Source: Malacoraja senta (lineage: Eukaryota). Taken from it: 64,000 nt of DNA. The stretch is from assembly GCA_038087875.1 (NCBI GenBank), contig CM075996.1, positions 8,496,001 through 8,560,000 of the forward strand, written 5' to 3'. Under the pieces are notes generated by a model. That model was not told where the DNA came from, made no database searches, and saw only the letters and a list, made by a program, of their open reading frames with translations. Below, in pieces: positions 61,481-64,000 of this stretch; the first letter of the stretch is position 1, and each line of letters begins with the position of its first letter. The position numbers and the translations under genes were made by a program.

Positions 61481-63643
61481 CATCAGATAAATCGGTAAAT
61501 ACAGGTGTCAGGGGTTATGGGGACAAGGCAGGAGAATGGGGTTGAGAGGGAAAGACAGAGCCAGGATTGAATGGTGGAGCAGACTTGATGGGCTGAAAGG
61601 TCTAATTCTGCCCCTAGAACTAATGAACATGAAGCGATGCAGTCTAGTTTTTGACATTTCCACCCGGGGAAAAGTTCTACCATATCTATACCTCTCATAA
61701 TTCAATATACCTATCGGGTCTCCCATCAACTCCAGCGTTGCAGTGAAAACAAACCAAGTCTGTCCAACCTCTCCTTGTAGCTAATGCCCCCTAATCAGGG
61801 CAGTATGGAATGATGTGGGTAGACTAGCTGAATGTGGCCGAGAAAGATTCCCAGCCTGGAGACGAAAACCTGGGGCAATGGTCGGTTAAAGAGAGATTTA
61901 ATAGAGGAAGTTACGAGGGGTTTCAATCAAGTACAGTACCTCCCCGTGTCATAGACAATAGACAATAGGTGCAGGAGTAGGCCATTCGGCCCTTTGAGCC
62001 ATTCAATGTGATCATGGCTGATCATCCACAATCAGTACCCCGTTCCTGCCTTCTCTCCATATCCCTTAACTGTGTACATGGGCGCAGCGGTAGAGTTGCT
62101 GCCTTAAAGCGCCAGGGCCACGGGTTCTATCCTGACTACGGGCGCTGTCTGTACGGAGTTTGTACGTTATCCCCGTGACCGCGTGGGGTTTCTCCGGGTG
62201 CTACGGTTTCCTACCGCACTCCCAAGATGTGCAGGTTTGTAGGTAAATTGTCCCCAGAGTGTAGGATAGTGCTAGTGTACGGGGTGAACGCTGGTCAGAC
62301 TCGGTGGGCTGAAGGACCTGTTTCCACTGTATCTCTAAAGCTGCGAGCCACCATCCGCAGTCCCCAACTTACGTTCCTGAGGTCTGAAGAAGGGTTTTGG
62401 CCCGAAACGTTGCCTATTTCCTTCGCTCCATAGATGCTGCCTCACCCGCTGAGTTTCTCCAGCACTTTTGTCTACCCTTACGTTCCTGAGGACTGTCTGA
62501 GGAACCTACAAACTCCACGCAGACAGCACCCGTAGTGTGGATCCAAGCTGGGTCTCTAGCGCGGCAAGACAGCAACTCTACCGCTGCACCACTGTGCTGC
62601 CCCTAAGTGGCGGAGACCTAATCTCAGCCATTCCACCTCCAGTCAAGGCAGGAAGTCTACCGCTGGAACCTGGTGCCATTAATTGAAAGTAAATGCAGCA
62701 GAGACAGAAGGAATGATTGATACAGTGAGTTGTTTTGGTCCCTAGGGCAGTGGATGAAACCTAAATATTTAGCTCACAGATGGCATGGACTAGATGGGCT
62801 GAAGGGCCTGTTTCCATGCTGTGCAGCTTTGACTCTGAGGATAAATTGGATTAGGGCACGGACAAGGGTTCAGGACTACCTTCGTTTAGTTTAGAGATAC
62901 AGCGCAGAAACAGGCCCTTCGGCCCACCGAGTCCCCGCCGCTGCCCTAGGGACCACACTAGCACTATCCTTCACACTAGGGACAATTATAATTCTTATCG
63001 AACCCAATTCATGTACAAACTGCAGGTCTTTGGATTGTGGGAGGAAACTGGAGCACACGGAGAAAACCCACGCAGGTCACAGGGGTACAAACAGTGTCCG
63101 TAGTCAGGATCGAACCCGGGTCTCTGGTGCTGTAAGGTAGCAACGCCACTGCTGCCCCACCGTGCCGTGCCTGACTAATTCAGTAATTGCTGCACCGAGC
63201 CGGCACGGGGACAGAGGCGGCACTGGGACATGCGGTTTGGCTTGAGTTCCCCGACGGGAGCCCTGTGGCGAGGGTTTGCTGCTGCTGCTGGCACTGAGCA
63301 GTCATAGAGTCATACAGCGTGGAAACAGGCCCTCCTGCCCAACTTGCCCACACCGACCAACATGCACCATCTACACTAGTCCTACCTGCCTGCGTTTGGC
63401 CCATATCCCTCTTAACCTGTCCTATCCATGTACCTGTCTAAATGTTTCTTAAACCCGATAGTTCCTGCCTCAACTACCTCCTCTGGCAGCTTGTTCCATA
63501 CATCCTCCACCTTGTGTTCAGAAAAAGCTGCCCCTCAGGTTCCTATTAAATCTTTCCCCCCCAACCCCCCTCACATTAAATCTATGTTCTCTTCTTCTCG
63601 ATTCCCCAGCTCTGGGTAAAAGCAGTGTTTTGGTTTGTTTCAG

Positions 63644-63777
63644 CGTTCGGCGACGTGTTCTCGGTGATCGGGGTGAGGGAGCCGCAGGCAGCCGCCTGCG
63701 AGGCGTTCGTCAAGTTTGCCGAAGCTCACCGGAACATCGAGAAGTTTGGCATCCGCCTCCTGAAAACAGTGAAACCC
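63644..63777 (+). CDS. PICK1: PICK1 BAR exon (AFGDVFSVIGVREPQAAACEAFVKFAEAHRNIEKFGIRLLKTVKP); gene continues beyond the window
   Basis: 134 nt, donor GTGAGT; cumulative CDS 690 nt in frame. Confidence 0.96.
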
Positions 63778-64000
63778 GTGAGTCTCGGCCGCGGCAGGCA
63801 ATGACAACTGGGTCTCAAGTGATAGGAGCAGAACTAGGCCATTCGGCCCATCAAGTCTACTCCGCCATTCAATCATGGCTGATCTATCTCTCCCTCTTAA
63901 CACCATTCTCCTCCTGCCTCCTCCCCATAACCTCCGACACCCGTACTAATCCAGTTACTGTTCCATCTTCGCTCAGTGAAGGAGAACAGTGATTACGGGG

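Overview
Vertebrate genomic DNA, most likely from a cartilaginous fish (skate/ray), judged from its repeats: V-SINE/HE1-like SINEs, CR1 and Rex1/Babar LINE 3' ends, and Penelope/Poseidon fragments. Three spliced housekeeping genes lie in tandem on the + strand: TOMM22 (4 coding exons, 6179-13400), ADSL (13 exons, 17554-38465) and the 5' part of PICK1 (promoter ~41.8-42.1 kb; 8 coding exons, 47925-63777, 230 codons, continuing past the window). As I recall, all three human orthologues are on 22q13.1 but not adjacent. TOMM22 exon 2 and ADSL exon 9 each lack one base near their 3' end, probably a consensus error. Most of the supplied ORFs are repeat artefacts. Signals the genes do not explain: (i) a cluster of sense-strand imperfect hairpins in ADSL intron 6 with a duplicated arm that is also partly antisense to exon 7; (ii) many Penelope terminal repeats with a minimal hammerhead-ribozyme motif, several as inverted pairs in probable 3' UTRs; (iii) a CTCF/MRE-like minisatellite in the TOMM22 promoter; (iv) a hAT-like element with a 5-bp TSD carrying a ~325-nt fold-back and a 28-bp TIR-only element; (v) a possible unrecognised minus-strand transcript starting near 4.1 kb. 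All alignments and folds were done by eye.
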